Positions 26,406 through 37,757 of a stretch of DNA of 64,000 nt are shown here, one piece after another. The stretch covers positions 63,054,001 through 63,118,000 of the forward strand of contig NC_091478.1 of assembly GCF_036971445.1 (NCBI RefSeq), in the 5' to 3' direction. Position 1 is the first letter of the stretch; every line of letters starts with the position of its first letter. Made by a program: the position numbers and the translations under genes. Origin of the DNA: Narcine bancroftii. Lineage: Eukaryota. The notes under the pieces were generated by a model that worked only from the letters and a program-made list of their open reading frames with translations, searched no databases and had not been told where the DNA came from.

Positions 26406-29400
26406 TGTGTGCAAGCTGCTCTAAGAATTCCTCCCAAACCACCTGTGAATACTCTGTCACACTAACAAGTATAATAAATATTCCTTATAACTTTGCAGAT
26501 TCTCGCAATACACTCGCAAACTACCTGGTTCCTAGTGGCGTGGTGGTTGGATTACTGATTTTAGTGCTAATGATTGTTGTCGGGGTACGGTTGGGACGAC
26601 AGGAACTTGAAGGTAAGATCTGGATTGAACGCTCGATGTTACTGAACACGGAAGAATTGTAAAATTCCTTTAATCTGTTGACAGCTTTGACAAACCGCCG
26701 GTCATCCTGAACGAGGAGTTGCCTCTTCTCGGTGACTGAACGTCCGTTCTCCTTTTCCCAATTCAGATTTTGCCTATTAAGAAGCAATAATGATTGCCAT
26801 GTTCACCCTAGAACAACTGGAAGAAACTGCAGGGAACAGGATGAACTACAAATCAAAGCCACATAATCTGGGAACTGAGAAGTATATGATGAATTCATTT
26901 ACAGTTCGAGCCAAGGCAGAAAATCACCTCCATTCCATGTATGTTACACGTGATGATATGCGAGAGCGACTCGTCTATGCGCTCAGAACAGGCGTTATGA
27001 CCCTGTTTCTCCTATAGTTTTGCACTTCACATCAAACAGGTTTACACTTCATGAGCAGTTAATCCGTCAGGCAATGTGAAAAATATTCGACATTTGTGGC
27101 ATTCACACCGGGATCAAGTTTTACAGAAAATATGGTTATAAAGCCGAACTCTGCAGATTATACTTGTGCACTTATGTTGTGAAAGTCAGACTCCCTGACT
27201 ACTTTCATGAAGCGTCTGCAAATTTTAAGTAAAGACTCTCAACCAATCTCCTGCTGCTGAACATAACCCAACTCCATGCTCCAACACGGGGCAGAGGAAT
27301 ATTCTCTATCTCATTCTCCATCAAAGGAAACTCATCTAAGTGTATCCTAATCAGCTCTGCTTCAAATGAAGCTCCCGACCTGAAGAAGAGAATGTTCAAA
27401 TTTCAATTCTGGCTCTGGTATAATATACTTTTCGATATCAGTGAGTTCTGCTCTAACCCGCACTTCAGATGTATGGTCGATTTTTAAAAATTAACTTGCA
27501 AACACTTAACAGATAATATGAATGCCCCAATAGGCTAAACAAACCAAAAGCCGTTTAAAACAATATCGTCACCAAAATCTAATTCAAACTTAAGCAACAT
27601 CAATATGTAGAGCTCGTGGTTCGTTTACCTATCAAAAGTATCTCCAATGGAGCAGTCTATTCCGAAAGGCGCCCTTGAAAGTAATTATCTGGAGCGTAAG
27701 GAAAATAACGTATGAATATTTTCAAAGCGTCCATAAAAACAGCTAACGTTGTGGCAGCTTCATTGCGATTCTGGCATTGAACGATCGAAACATTGTAAAG
27801 AATCATCCAAGAGTCTATGGTGTAAGGAAAAAAAGCTGGTTATCAGTCGGATACAGAAACAAAGGAAATAGTGGAAGCAGAAGGCAATCGTCCATGACCC
27901 ACAAGCTCACACACACAAACTGCCTGTGCAAAGCCTAAATCCACATTCGCTGCACCATTACCTCAGAAACATACCTGCGGAGCAATGATTCAATTAGATT
28001 TTCGACTTCAATCCAATTAAAAAAAATGTCATTTGATGGCATTGGTCGCCTTGTAAATGTTTTCCTTCATTTCGGAATTAAACAAAATACCACTGATAAA
28101 ATGAATTTGGGTTCGATTTGAGGATAGAAAAGATGTCACAATGCGAAATACGAAATATTTCCAGCATTTGTCCATTTCCCGAAATATATTTTAGAAACAT
28201 AGAAGATAGGAGCAGGAGTAGGTCATTCGACCCTTCGAGCCTGCTCCGCCATTCAACGAGATCATGGCTGATCTTAAAGTTCAGTACCCCGTCCACGCCT
28301 TCTCTCCGTAACCTTTAATACCCTTATACTGAAGAAATATATCTAATTCCCTCTTAAATATATTTAATGAACCTGCCTCTACTGCCCTCTGCGCAATGAA
28401 TTCCACAGATTCACCACCCTCTGGGTCAAGAAATTCCTCCTCATCTCAATCCTAAATGGTTTGCTTATTATCCTCAAACCATGGCCCGGGATCTGGATTT
28501 TCCCATCATTGGAAACATCCCATCTGCATCCATTCTGTCCAATCCTGCCAGAATTTTATATGTCTCTATGAGATCCCCTCTCAATCTTCTAAACTCCAGC
28601 GAGTACAATCCCAATTTGCGCAATCTTTCCTCCTAAGTCATTCCTGCCATTCCAGGTATCAGCCTGGTGAATCGCCTTTGCACTCCCTCCATTGCAAGAA
28701 CATCCTTCCTTAGATCAGGTGACCAAAACTGCACACAATACTCCAGGTGGGGTCTCACCAAGGCCCTGTACAGCTGCAGTAAGGTATCCTTGTTCCTATA
28801 CTCAAACCCTCTTGATATGAAGGCCAACATACCATTTGCCTTTTTAACTGCCTGCTGTACCTGCATGCTCACCTTCAGAGACTGGTGTAGAAGTACCCCT
28901 AGGTCTCTCTGCACTTCCCCATCTCTTAATCTATTGCCATTCAAATAGTAATCTGCCCTCTGGTTTGTATTACCAAAGTGGATAACCTCACATTTATCCA
29001 CATTGTAGTGCATTTGCCATGGATCTGCCCAGTCCCTCAATTTATCCAAATCACACTGGAGCTTCCTGACCCCCCTCTTCCGTGCACATAACCCCTCCTA
29101 GCTTAGTGTCATCTGCAAATTTTGAGATATCTGCACTGGAAAGATGTTAAATGTTATAATGACATTAAAATTTTGCCTCTTTCAAGGTGAAGAGGAATGT
29201 GGGATGGAACCAAATGGCCACCAGGATCAGGTATGTCCCTTCATTTATTCATACTGGTCAATGCTGGAAATGCCAAGAAATAGACTGAATTAGAGCGACT
29301 ATATTCTGCTCACATTAGAAACTTTACGTATGTTTACCAGAAGTATTAATCGTAATCAGAATTTATTGTCATGATCAAGTCATGAAATTCGGTGTTTTGC

Positions 29401-30624
29401 AGCAGCATCTTAATGAGAACATGGATATAACCATCTTACGACATTACTATAAAAGTAATAGAAAGTAATTAAAAACAAAAGTGCAAGGTAGGATTTTTGG
29501 ATCATTAAACATTCAGGAATCTGATGGCAGCGGGGATCAAGCTGTCTTGTGCCGTTGAGAGCTCGACTTTAGGCTCCCGTACTTTTCGCAGATGGTAGTA
29601 GAGTGAATCTGGAATGGGCTGTGTGCTGGGTGGTGGGGGGTTCTTAAGGATTGAGGCAGTGTTTTTTTTTTAAAGACACCACCTCATGTAGATGTCCGCG
29701 ATGGTCCCAGACAGAGTTAACAACCCTCTGCAGTTTATTCTTGTCCTGAGAGTTAGTGTCTCCATACCAGGCAGTGATGCAACCAGCCAGAATGCTCTCC
29801 ACGGTCCACTTGTGACATGCTCCTCAGACACCTCACAAAGTATAGCCGCTGGCGAACCTTCTTGGTGATTAGATCAACGTGGAGGCTCCAGGACAGATCC
29901 TTGGAGATGTTAACACCCAGGAATTTGAAGTTCTTGATCCGCTCCACAAATCCGGTCACAGAGGACTTTTCAAATGGTTATCACAATGCCCTTGGTTTCA
30001 GCGATTTCAAGTGTTAAATGTCTGATTAACAGATCAAGGTTCAGTAGCAGTGGTTAAATGTTGGAGATCGTCGCTCTTTGAAACTCTTCCAAAGTCAAAA
30101 CTGATAGGTTTAAATAAAATATGATGTTCATCGTGCCATAATATTTGCAACTGTATCCATATATTTATACATGAACTCGTGTCCTTGATCTCAAGCCCAG
30201 AGCAACCTATTTAAGGATTGACACGGACACTTAGCCGAATAATATTTTTGTCGAACTTTTCAGAGAGAAGAGAACAACATGGTACATTATGTTGCAATAC
30301 ATTTCGACACGTCCAGGAAGGCCACAAAACAAAAACGTCTTGACGCAAGGCATGCTTTTGATCAGGTGAGCGTAAATAACGGTGTAGAGCGTTCATTAAT
30401 TGGATGCTATTTCTCAAGCATACGATTTGAGCAGCACATCCCAAAACAAATGAAAAAGCCAAATAGCAGTATTTTCTCAATTGCCTTTACAGAAAATGCA
30501 AGGGGAACCAAGAGGAACCAGGACGGAGTATAGGATAAACTGCAAAGAGAGCACAGAATATGCGGAGGTGAAAACAAAAAAAGACCGCGGAGCAACAGAG
30601 GCGCTTTATTCAACAATAAGATAA
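23863..30624 (+). CDS. Spliced IgSF receptor gene: leader - VJ-type V - C1 - TM - ITIM/ITSM tail (SIRP/NKp30/antigen-receptor-like). Exons 23863-23902, 24019-24342, [start uncertain, ~24750-24838]-25096, 26499-26612, 29187-29230, 30264-30365, 30493-30624
   Basis: All visible introns are GT..AG with compatible phases (1,1,1,1,0,0). The spliced reading is open from ATG 23863 to TAA 30622-30624 wherever sequence is available. Roughly 340-370 aa depending on true gap size. Confidence 0.88.
24019..24342 (+). CDS. Exon 2, Ig V-set domain with J-like G strand
   Basis: Acceptor ttttctcag|. Translation (A)VADQRGFHVNQLPKETSIPVGGNVTFYCVFPIIRDKSSVKVYWWKEGENAYQHSDVANGKRYGLRGRASWYFELCKATVQDSGVYRCSVIGPEMVAINGSGSRLIIH has the B-strand Cys, C-strand Trp, DSGxYxC and GxGSxL. 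Donor G|GTAAAT, phase 1-1. Confidence 0.93.
24836..24983. other. Assembly gap (148 N) within the C1 exon region
   Basis: N run. Confidence 0.99.
24984..25096 (+). CDS. Exon 3, visible 3' part: Ig C1-set domain C-terminus
   Basis: After the gap it reads VVSSDLTYSNGEDQYACKVYHLSLQTPAVARYSVAKQ, containing the C1 signature YxCxVxHxSL. Phase-1 donor G|GTATGT. The 5' part is hidden by the N gap. Confidence 0.88.
25671..26461. mobile_element. Solo LTR (791 bp) in intron 3 of the IgSF gene
   Basis: Termini TGTTAC...GTCACA. 4-bp TSD CTAA at 25667-25670 and 26462-26465. Contains a (TG)n tract at about 26368-26411. Confidence 0.82.
26499..26612 (+). CDS. Exon 4, transmembrane
   Basis: Acceptor ctttgcag|. 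(D)SRNTLANYLVPSGVVVGLLILVLMIVVGVRLGRQELE has a ~22-aa uncharged hydrophobic helix followed by basic residues. Donor G|GTAAGA. Confidence 0.9.
28192..29130 (-). mobile_element. Young CR1 LINE, 5'-truncated, in intron 4
   Basis: ORF 28633-29049 (LVRPHLEYCVQFWSP). Near-identical reverse complement of about 48082-49020. Confidence 0.95.
29187..29230 (+). CDS. Exon 5, cytoplasmic ((G)EEECGMEPNGHQDQ)
   Basis: ttttgcctctttcaag| ... CAG|GTATGT. The 44-nt length converts phase 1 to phase 0, exactly as needed to join the TM exon to exon 6. Confidence 0.8.
29350..29950 (-). mobile_element. Rex1/Babar LINE 3' fragment in intron 5
   Basis: VERIKNFKFLGVNISKDLSWSLHVDLITKKVRQRLYFVRCL. Confidence 0.8.
30264..30365 (+). 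CDS. Exon 6, cytoplasmic, ITIM VHYVAI
   Basis: acttttcag| REENNMVHYVAIHFDTSRKATKQKRLDARHAFDQ CAG|GTGAGC. 102 nt, phase 0-0. Confidence 0.85.
30493..30624 (+). CDS. Exon 7, terminal, ITSM TEYAEV and ALYSTI
   Basis: ttgcctttacag| KMQGEPRGTRTEYRINCKESTEYAEVKTKKDRGATEALYSTIR*. Confidence 0.85.
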   Translation, partial: KMQGEPRGTRTEYRINCKESTEYAEVKTKKDRGATEALYSTIR

Positions 30625-31499
30625 ATATACCAGTCAGGCTGCAGTGGCGAAGACTCGTTTCTGACGTATTTCAATCGCAATCTGCTTCAAAATCAACTTC
30701 AAAACAGATGTACTCCATTCACTCCTCTAGAATGCTGGTCTATTAGTTAGACCCAGGATAAATCTCTCAGACCTTATTGAGAACATCCTCACTAACTGAG
30801 CTGCCAGACTCCTCTTAAGATCCTGAAAGACACACACAATGTAATCCGTGCCTGAAGAAGTGTATTTTAAACCCGGCCTGAAAGACGTGCACCTTATGTC
30901 GAGGTAGCACTTCCTGATTCTAAACAACTCCTCTACCTGAAGCAGTAATTTTTCAGGTCCCATCTCAACCCGCCATTATTATTATTATTATTATTAACAT
31001 CTCCTACCTTTTAAAACTCGATAGAGAAAAGTTTAGCCTACATTTTCTCCTGACGGAACAAACCGAAGAGCGATATGATGTGCATCTGCTAAATGTTCCC
31101 TGTTTTAACGAGATAATTCCTTCCATCGCGTGACAAAACGTGCGTAGAATTTTCCAGAAGCAGTCCCAGCACCACTCCATATCGTTGCAGCGATGCGTCT
31201 CAACTGTAAAAGAAATAACACTCTATGTACAATCCCAATTTCTTGTTGAAACCGCATATTTCTATTTCACGTGATGTTCTCTATTTTTCCACCTCAGCGG
31301 AGAAACTCGATTGTCCACAGTTTATCCCGTCTGTTCTATCCTCCAGCGTGTCCTTTCACTTAATCGTTCTGTATCTACCAAGCCCCCTCTGTTAAGTTCA
31401 TCTACCATCCGATTGTCCCAGTAGAACCGGAGCATTCTTCGATCCTGAGAGCAAAACCGTGCAAACACACCTACAGACATAACACACGCAGTCAAGTAA

Positions 31500-32030
31500 A
31501 ATATGTGTGTGTGTGTGTGTGTGTTATTAATAAACAGTAGCGTCCCGGAGAATAGATTTAGCAGTTCATCACTCATTCAAAAGTCTCTCTGCCCTTGGGA
31601 AGAGGCTGTTTCTCAGCCTGGGGATTCCGGCTGGAATACTTCTGCATCCCTTTCCCGACGGGAGCAGCTGAGAGATGTTGCGCGCGGCGTGGTAATGGTC
31701 ATCACTGGTTTTACGAGCCCTCTTTAAACAACGATCCCGGTAATTCACGTTGATGGGGACAGGTGAGCGGAAGGGGGAGACCTATGTAATGCGCACTGCT
31801 GCTTTGATGGTCCTATGAATTGACGTCCGATCCAATGCTCTCCAGTAACCGTATCACACTGTAATGCTGACGACCAGTCGTTCTCGATAGAGTTCATGTA
31901 GAAAGTTGACAGAATAGAGCCCGGTTGCTTTTCCAGCCTCAACCATCTAAGGAAGTGCAGTCATTGTTAACGCCTTCCTGACAAATGAGTAGATGTTTGT
32001 CCAATATAGGGCACTTTGTAGTTGGACTCC
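31500..32030 (-). mobile_element. Rex1/Babar LINE 3' fragment
   Basis: LRWLRLEKQPGSILSTFYMNSIE-type remnant and 3' UTR similar to the other Rex1 copies. Confidence 0.6.
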
Positions 32031-32036
32031 AGGAAC

Positions 32037-34520
32037 GTTTTCTTTATATATGTATATGTATACATATTCTTTTATTTTTCACACTATGAATCATATCAAA
32101 CAAAATATGTACAAACGTTTCTCATTAAATTTACACAGTGGTCTTTTTTTCCCTTTTTCCCCTTTCTTCCCTCCCCTATACCCACCCACCTCCAAAATCC
32201 ATAAATAGTAAACTTATACAATATAATAAAACCATAAACAATATCTTCAATCAAAGGACAACAAACAAGAAACATGCATCATCGAATCTAGTGATTTTGT
32301 CTTCTTATCATTTTCATTTTCATTCTAGGGGATGGAGGTTGTAGGTAACCTCTCTCTGATATGTTCCATGCATGGTTCCCAAATTTGTTCAAACATTGTG
32401 ACTTCATTTTTTAAATTATGTTATTTTTTCCAATGGAATACATTTATTCATTTCCATGTACCATTGCTGTATACTCATGCACTTTTCCATTTTACAAGTT
32501 GACGTTATACATTTTTTTGCTATCATAAATAATTTTTTTTGAACTTTATCCAATTTGAGGCCTAATTACCTACTTCTATGTTACTTAAAATAAATATCTC
32601 TGTTTTTTTTATGCTATTTTTTGTAATTTTATTCAGTATCTGATTTAGTTTTTCCCAAAACGTATAAACTTTTGTACATGCCAAAGTTGCATGTAATGTT
32701 GTTCCCATTTCCTTCTTACAGCAAAAACATCTATCCGATAAGGTTTTTTAGGAGTAATATATACCCTGTGTAACCAATTAAACTGTATCATGCGTAACCT
32801 TGTGTTTATTGTATTCTTCATAGTTCCAGAACAACTTTTCAAATACTTCATTTTTATCTTTATGTTTAGATCCTTTTCCCACTTCTGCTTAGGTTTATAA
32901 TTTATTTCATTTTCCTTATCTTGCAGCTTAATGTACATGATGGTTATAAATCTTTTAATTACCATTGTGTCTGTAATTACATTTTCAAAGCTGCTTCCTT
33001 CAGGTAATCTCAAGCTGTTTACCAATTTATCTTTTAAATAAGCATTCAATTGATGATATGCAAACATTGTCCATGAGTTATCCCATATTTGTACTTCAAC
33101 TGTTCAAATGTTAATAAATTATTTCCAAAAAAATAATTTTCTATTCTTTTGATTCTTTTTTGCTCCCATTCTCGAAAGGAAAGGTTGTCTGTTGTAAAAG
33201 GATCTGGCAGATTGTGGGTCAATAATAATTTTGGTATTTGATAATTCACTTTTTTTTCCTTTCTAAGTGGATCTTCTTCCATATATTGTAAATGATTCAG
33301 TACTGGTGTGTTATCATATTGCACCAACTTTTCATCCCACTTATAAAGTATATGTTCCAGTACCTTCTCCCCTATTTTATCTAGTTCTATCTTAGTCGAG
33401 TCTAGTTTTTCCCTTGTCTGGTAAAAATCTGATAAATACCTTAATTGTGCTGCTCTATAATAATTTATAAAATTTGGTAACTGCAAACCACCTTGATTAT
33501 ACCTCTCTGCTAATTCATCTAATGCTACCCTTGATTTCCTCCCTTTCACAAGAATTTCCTTATTATTCTCATTAGTTCTGCAAAGAATTTTTCTGTTAAA
33601 GGAATTGGTAAAATTTGAAATAAGTATTGTATCCTTGGGAACACGTTCATTTTAATGCAGTTCACCCTTCCTATCAATGTTAGGGGTAATTCTTTTCAAT
33701 GTTCTAAGTCTTCCTGCAATTTCTTTATTAGTGGCTGATAATTTAGTTTGTACAAGTGGCTTAAGTTATTATCTAACCTGATCCTAGGTATCCGATTCCT
33801 TGTGCTTGCCATTTAAATGGTGATTCTTTGTTAAATTGTGTATAGTCTGCATTACTCATTGGCATCACTTCAATTTTATTTCCTTGATCTTGTAACCTGA
33901 TATTTCTCCATGTTCCTTCAATTTCTTATGTAATTCTTTTACTGATGCCTCTGGTTCTGTTAGGTATACAATGATGTCATCTGCAAATAAGCTGATTTTA
34001 TACTCTTCCTTTATTTTTATCACTTTTATTTATTTTCTATTCTTATCAGTTCTGCCAAAGCTTCTATTGCTAAGGCAAACAATGAGGGGCATAGTGGACA
34101 TCCCTGTCTAGTTGACCTATTTAATTTAAAATGGCTCAATACATATCCATTTACTGCTACCTTCGCCAATGGTCCATAATACAATGCTATAATCCAATTT
34201 ATATATTTTTCCTGTTGATTGAATTTATGTAAGTAGTTCCATTCTACTCTGTCAAAGACTTTTTCTGCATTCTAGAGTAACAGCCACTGTTGGTTTCTTA
34301 TTTTCTTCAACTGCATGGATTAGTTTAATAAGTTTACAGACATTGTCTGCTGTTCATCTTATCTTAATAAATCCAGTTTGATCTTGTTTTACTATTTTAG
34401 GAACACAGTCGGCAAATCTGTTAGCTAATAATTTCACTATTATCTTATAGTCTAAATTAAGTAGAGATATTTATCTATATGATGTTGGTGTCAATGGGCC
34501 GTTCCTCATCTTTGGTATTA
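32037..34520 (-). mobile_element. L1 family B, 3' half of ORF2 and 3' UTR
   Basis: GGLQLPNFINYYRAAQLR, RLRMIQFNWLHRVY and RT motifs at about 33950-34450. Continues at about 43245. Confidence 0.88.
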
Positions 34521-37167
34521 ATTTATTTTCATAATTTAATTTATATAAAGATTGATAATTAACATTCAAAATTATACCCAGATATTTAATTCAAAACTTC
34601 AAGTTAATAATATTCTTATAAACTGAATAATCTCCTTCACTTACCAGTAACATTTCACTTTGTTTCCAATTAACTTTATATCCAGAAAGACATCCATATT
34701 TTATTAAACATTCCTTCATATGCAAAAGTGGCTGAGCTGGGTTTATTAAATACTCCAATACGTCATAAGCAAATAAATTAATTTTATACTCCTCATCTAA
34801 AACTTTCATACATTGTATCTGTGTATTTTGTCTTATCAACTGTGCTAAGGGTTCAATCACTAACACAAACAAAGCTGATGATAAAGGACAACCTTGACGA
34901 GTTGATCGAGTTAACTTAAAAGATTCTGAAATCAGACAATTCGTCAATACTCTAGCTACCAGTTTATTAAATAGAGACCTAATCTATCCAATAAAAGAAG
35001 GACCAAACTGAAATTTCACCAAAACTTTAAACAAAAAATTCCATTCAACTCTATCAAATGCTTTTTCTGCATCGAAGGATATCACCATCAGATGATCTAA
35101 AGATTGTCGAAATCTATTAATCAAACTAATCACACGCAAAATGTTATCTGAAGCATATCTATTCTTTATAAAACCTGTTTGATCAATATGAATCAACTTT
35201 GGTAAAAAATTAGTGAATCTATTCGCTATTATTTTATCTATTAAGTTATAATCTACATTTAACAATGAAATTGGTCTATATGAAGATACTTTCAAAGGAT
35301 CTCTATCTTTTTTAGGAATTACTGTAATTAAAGGACCAGAACAAGAATCAGTTAAATCATAATGTTCTCCATCTTGATGTAAAACTATAGATAAATCATC
35401 ATTAAAAATTTTATAAAACTTAACCGAAAATCCATCATCACCATGCGATTCACCATTCGCCCATTTCCAGCATAGCCATTTTAATTTCTGAATCAGTAAA
35501 TGGTTCTTCTAACTCCTGAATATCTGCATCCTCTAATATTGGTAAATTCAACTGTGATTAAAAAAAAGATCAATCGATCCAGTTTCCTGTTTTCCTTCAA
35601 ATGTATATAACTTTTTATAAAATGAATAAAATTCATCATTAATCTCACGAGGTTTATAAGTAATAAGAGAATTCCATCTAACAGCATTAATAGTCCTCAA
35701 TATTTGTTCTTTCATTAATTGCCATGCCAATACCTTATGTGCTTGCTCTCCCCAGTCGTAATACTATTGTTTAGTCCTATTAATCACACATTCAAATTGA
35801 TAAGATTGCAAAGTATTATATTTCAATTTCAGCCTAGATAATTCTATTTTATGATCTTCTGTAGCATCTTTCTGAAATTCCTTTTCGAACTCATCGATCT
35901 GTTTCTCTAATTCAAGACTCTGATTTAATTGATTCTTTTTAATTTTAGAAGAAAACTAATTATTTGTCCTCTCAAATAGGCTTTCATAGCATCCCATAAT
36001 ACAATGACTTTGAACAGAATTAGAATTTTCTTTAAAAAATTAATTTGTTTTTTCAAAAAAAATCACTAAATTCCATATTTTTTAAGAATATTGTATTAAA
36101 TCTCCAATGATAAGCTATTTGAATTTTCTCAGAAGTTTCATATGTAAAATATAACAGAGAATGATCTGAAATCACCCTACTTTTATATTCCACTTGTTGT
36201 ATTTTCCCTTGTAAATGTGCCGATACTAAAAAGAAGTCAATCCTTGAAAACGATTCATGTCTAGATGAATAAAAGAAAAAATCTTTCTCTGTTGGATTAA
36301 GATGTCTCCAAATATCTACTAAATTAAGATCTTTCATCAACGCTTGAACCTGAACTGCCATCTTAGATTTCTTAACTTTCTTCGGAGATTTATCTAATAA
36401 AGGTTCCAAAACACAATTAAAATCACCACCAACTAAAATATTATCATTAGCTTGACCCAAACATAAAAGTGCATCCAAAATAAATAGTTCATCATCTGCA
36501 TTTGGAGCTTAAGTATTAGGTAAAGTCCAAAATTCACTAAAAATCTTACAATTCAATTTGAGAATACATCATGCCCTTTCCTCCATTGATTGTAATTCAA
36601 AAGATAAATTTTTATGTATCAAAATTGCTACATCTTTAGCTCTAGAATTAAATGAAGAAGAATGTACATGCCCACCCCAATCCATTTTTAATTTCACACT
36701 TTCCTTCACATTCAAATGTGTTTCTTGTAAAAAGGCAATATCAATTTTCATTTTCTTAATATACACCAGTAGAGCCAGTGAGATGCCATCTACTGTAGAC
36801 CTGTTGCTATGATGGGAGAACTGGAAAGTATTCACGTTCCTATGGCAGGAGCTGATCTGCTTCATCACCAGCCTTTGAAAACACTTAATCACTGTTGATG
36901 TAAGTGTTACTGGTTAATAGTCATTGAAGCAGGTTACCACTCTCTTCTTGGACACTGGTGGGATTGATGGCTGTTTGGAAGCAGATAGGTACCATGCCTA
37001 TCAATGCAATGCTGGAAGAAAGGAGATAGAGGGATAGGGAAAGAGAGATGAGGGAGGGGCTAGCAGAAACTGGAGATGTCGATAGTGATGTCTGGTTGGA
37101 GAGGGTCTCCAGCTCTTTTGTGTATTAATTAGGGAAGTAGAATAACAGGTCTAGGGAAGTAGAATAA

Positions 37168-37640
37168 CAAGGGGGGAGACGGCGGCCCCGGCCTCGGTCG
37201 TGTGAGGCAGGCGGAGGCCCCGATACGGGCAGAGAGTTGGAGGCGGCGGCACCAGTCCAGGCACAGGGAGAGCAGCAGCGGCCCCGGCCCCGGTCCGGGC
37301 GAAGGGTAGACGGCGGCGGCCCCGATACGGGCAGGAGCAAGGGGGAGACGGCGGCCCCGGCCTCGGTCGAGTGAGGCAGGCGGAGGCCCCGGTCCAGACA
37401 GGGAGTGGGAGGCGGCGGCCCCAGTCCGGGCACAGGGAGAGCAGCAGCGGCCCCGGCCCCGGTCCGGGCGAAGGGTAGACGGCGGCGGCCCCGATCCGGG
37501 CAGGAGCAAGGGGGAGACGGCGGCCCCGGCCTTGGTCGAGTGGGGCAGGCGAAGGCCCCGATCCGGGCAGAGAGTGGGAGGCGGCGGCCCCAATCCAGGC
37601 ACAGGGTGAACTGCGGTGGCCTCGGCACCGGTCCGGGCAG
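37168..37640 (+). repeat. GC-rich higher-order tandem repeat (~170-bp period, ~2.6 copies, ~30-35-bp subunits)
   Basis: CAAGGGGG(G)AGACGGCGGCCCCGGCCT recurs at about 37168, 37338 and 37507. Confidence 0.9.
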
Positions 37641-37757
37641 TATGGACCGACCTAGGAGGGGAGGCAGGCCCCTCCAGCCCGGGTAAGAAACCTGCATAGG
37701 AGAAGGCCACTCCGATATAAAACCTACGACCCAAGGACCTCGCTGCCACGTCCCAGC

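Noticed and set aside
26790-28190. Additional exons in intron 4 of the IgSF gene
   Set aside because: No convincing phase-compatible exon or motif seen; exons 4 and 5 already join in frame. Small alternative exons cannot be excluded.
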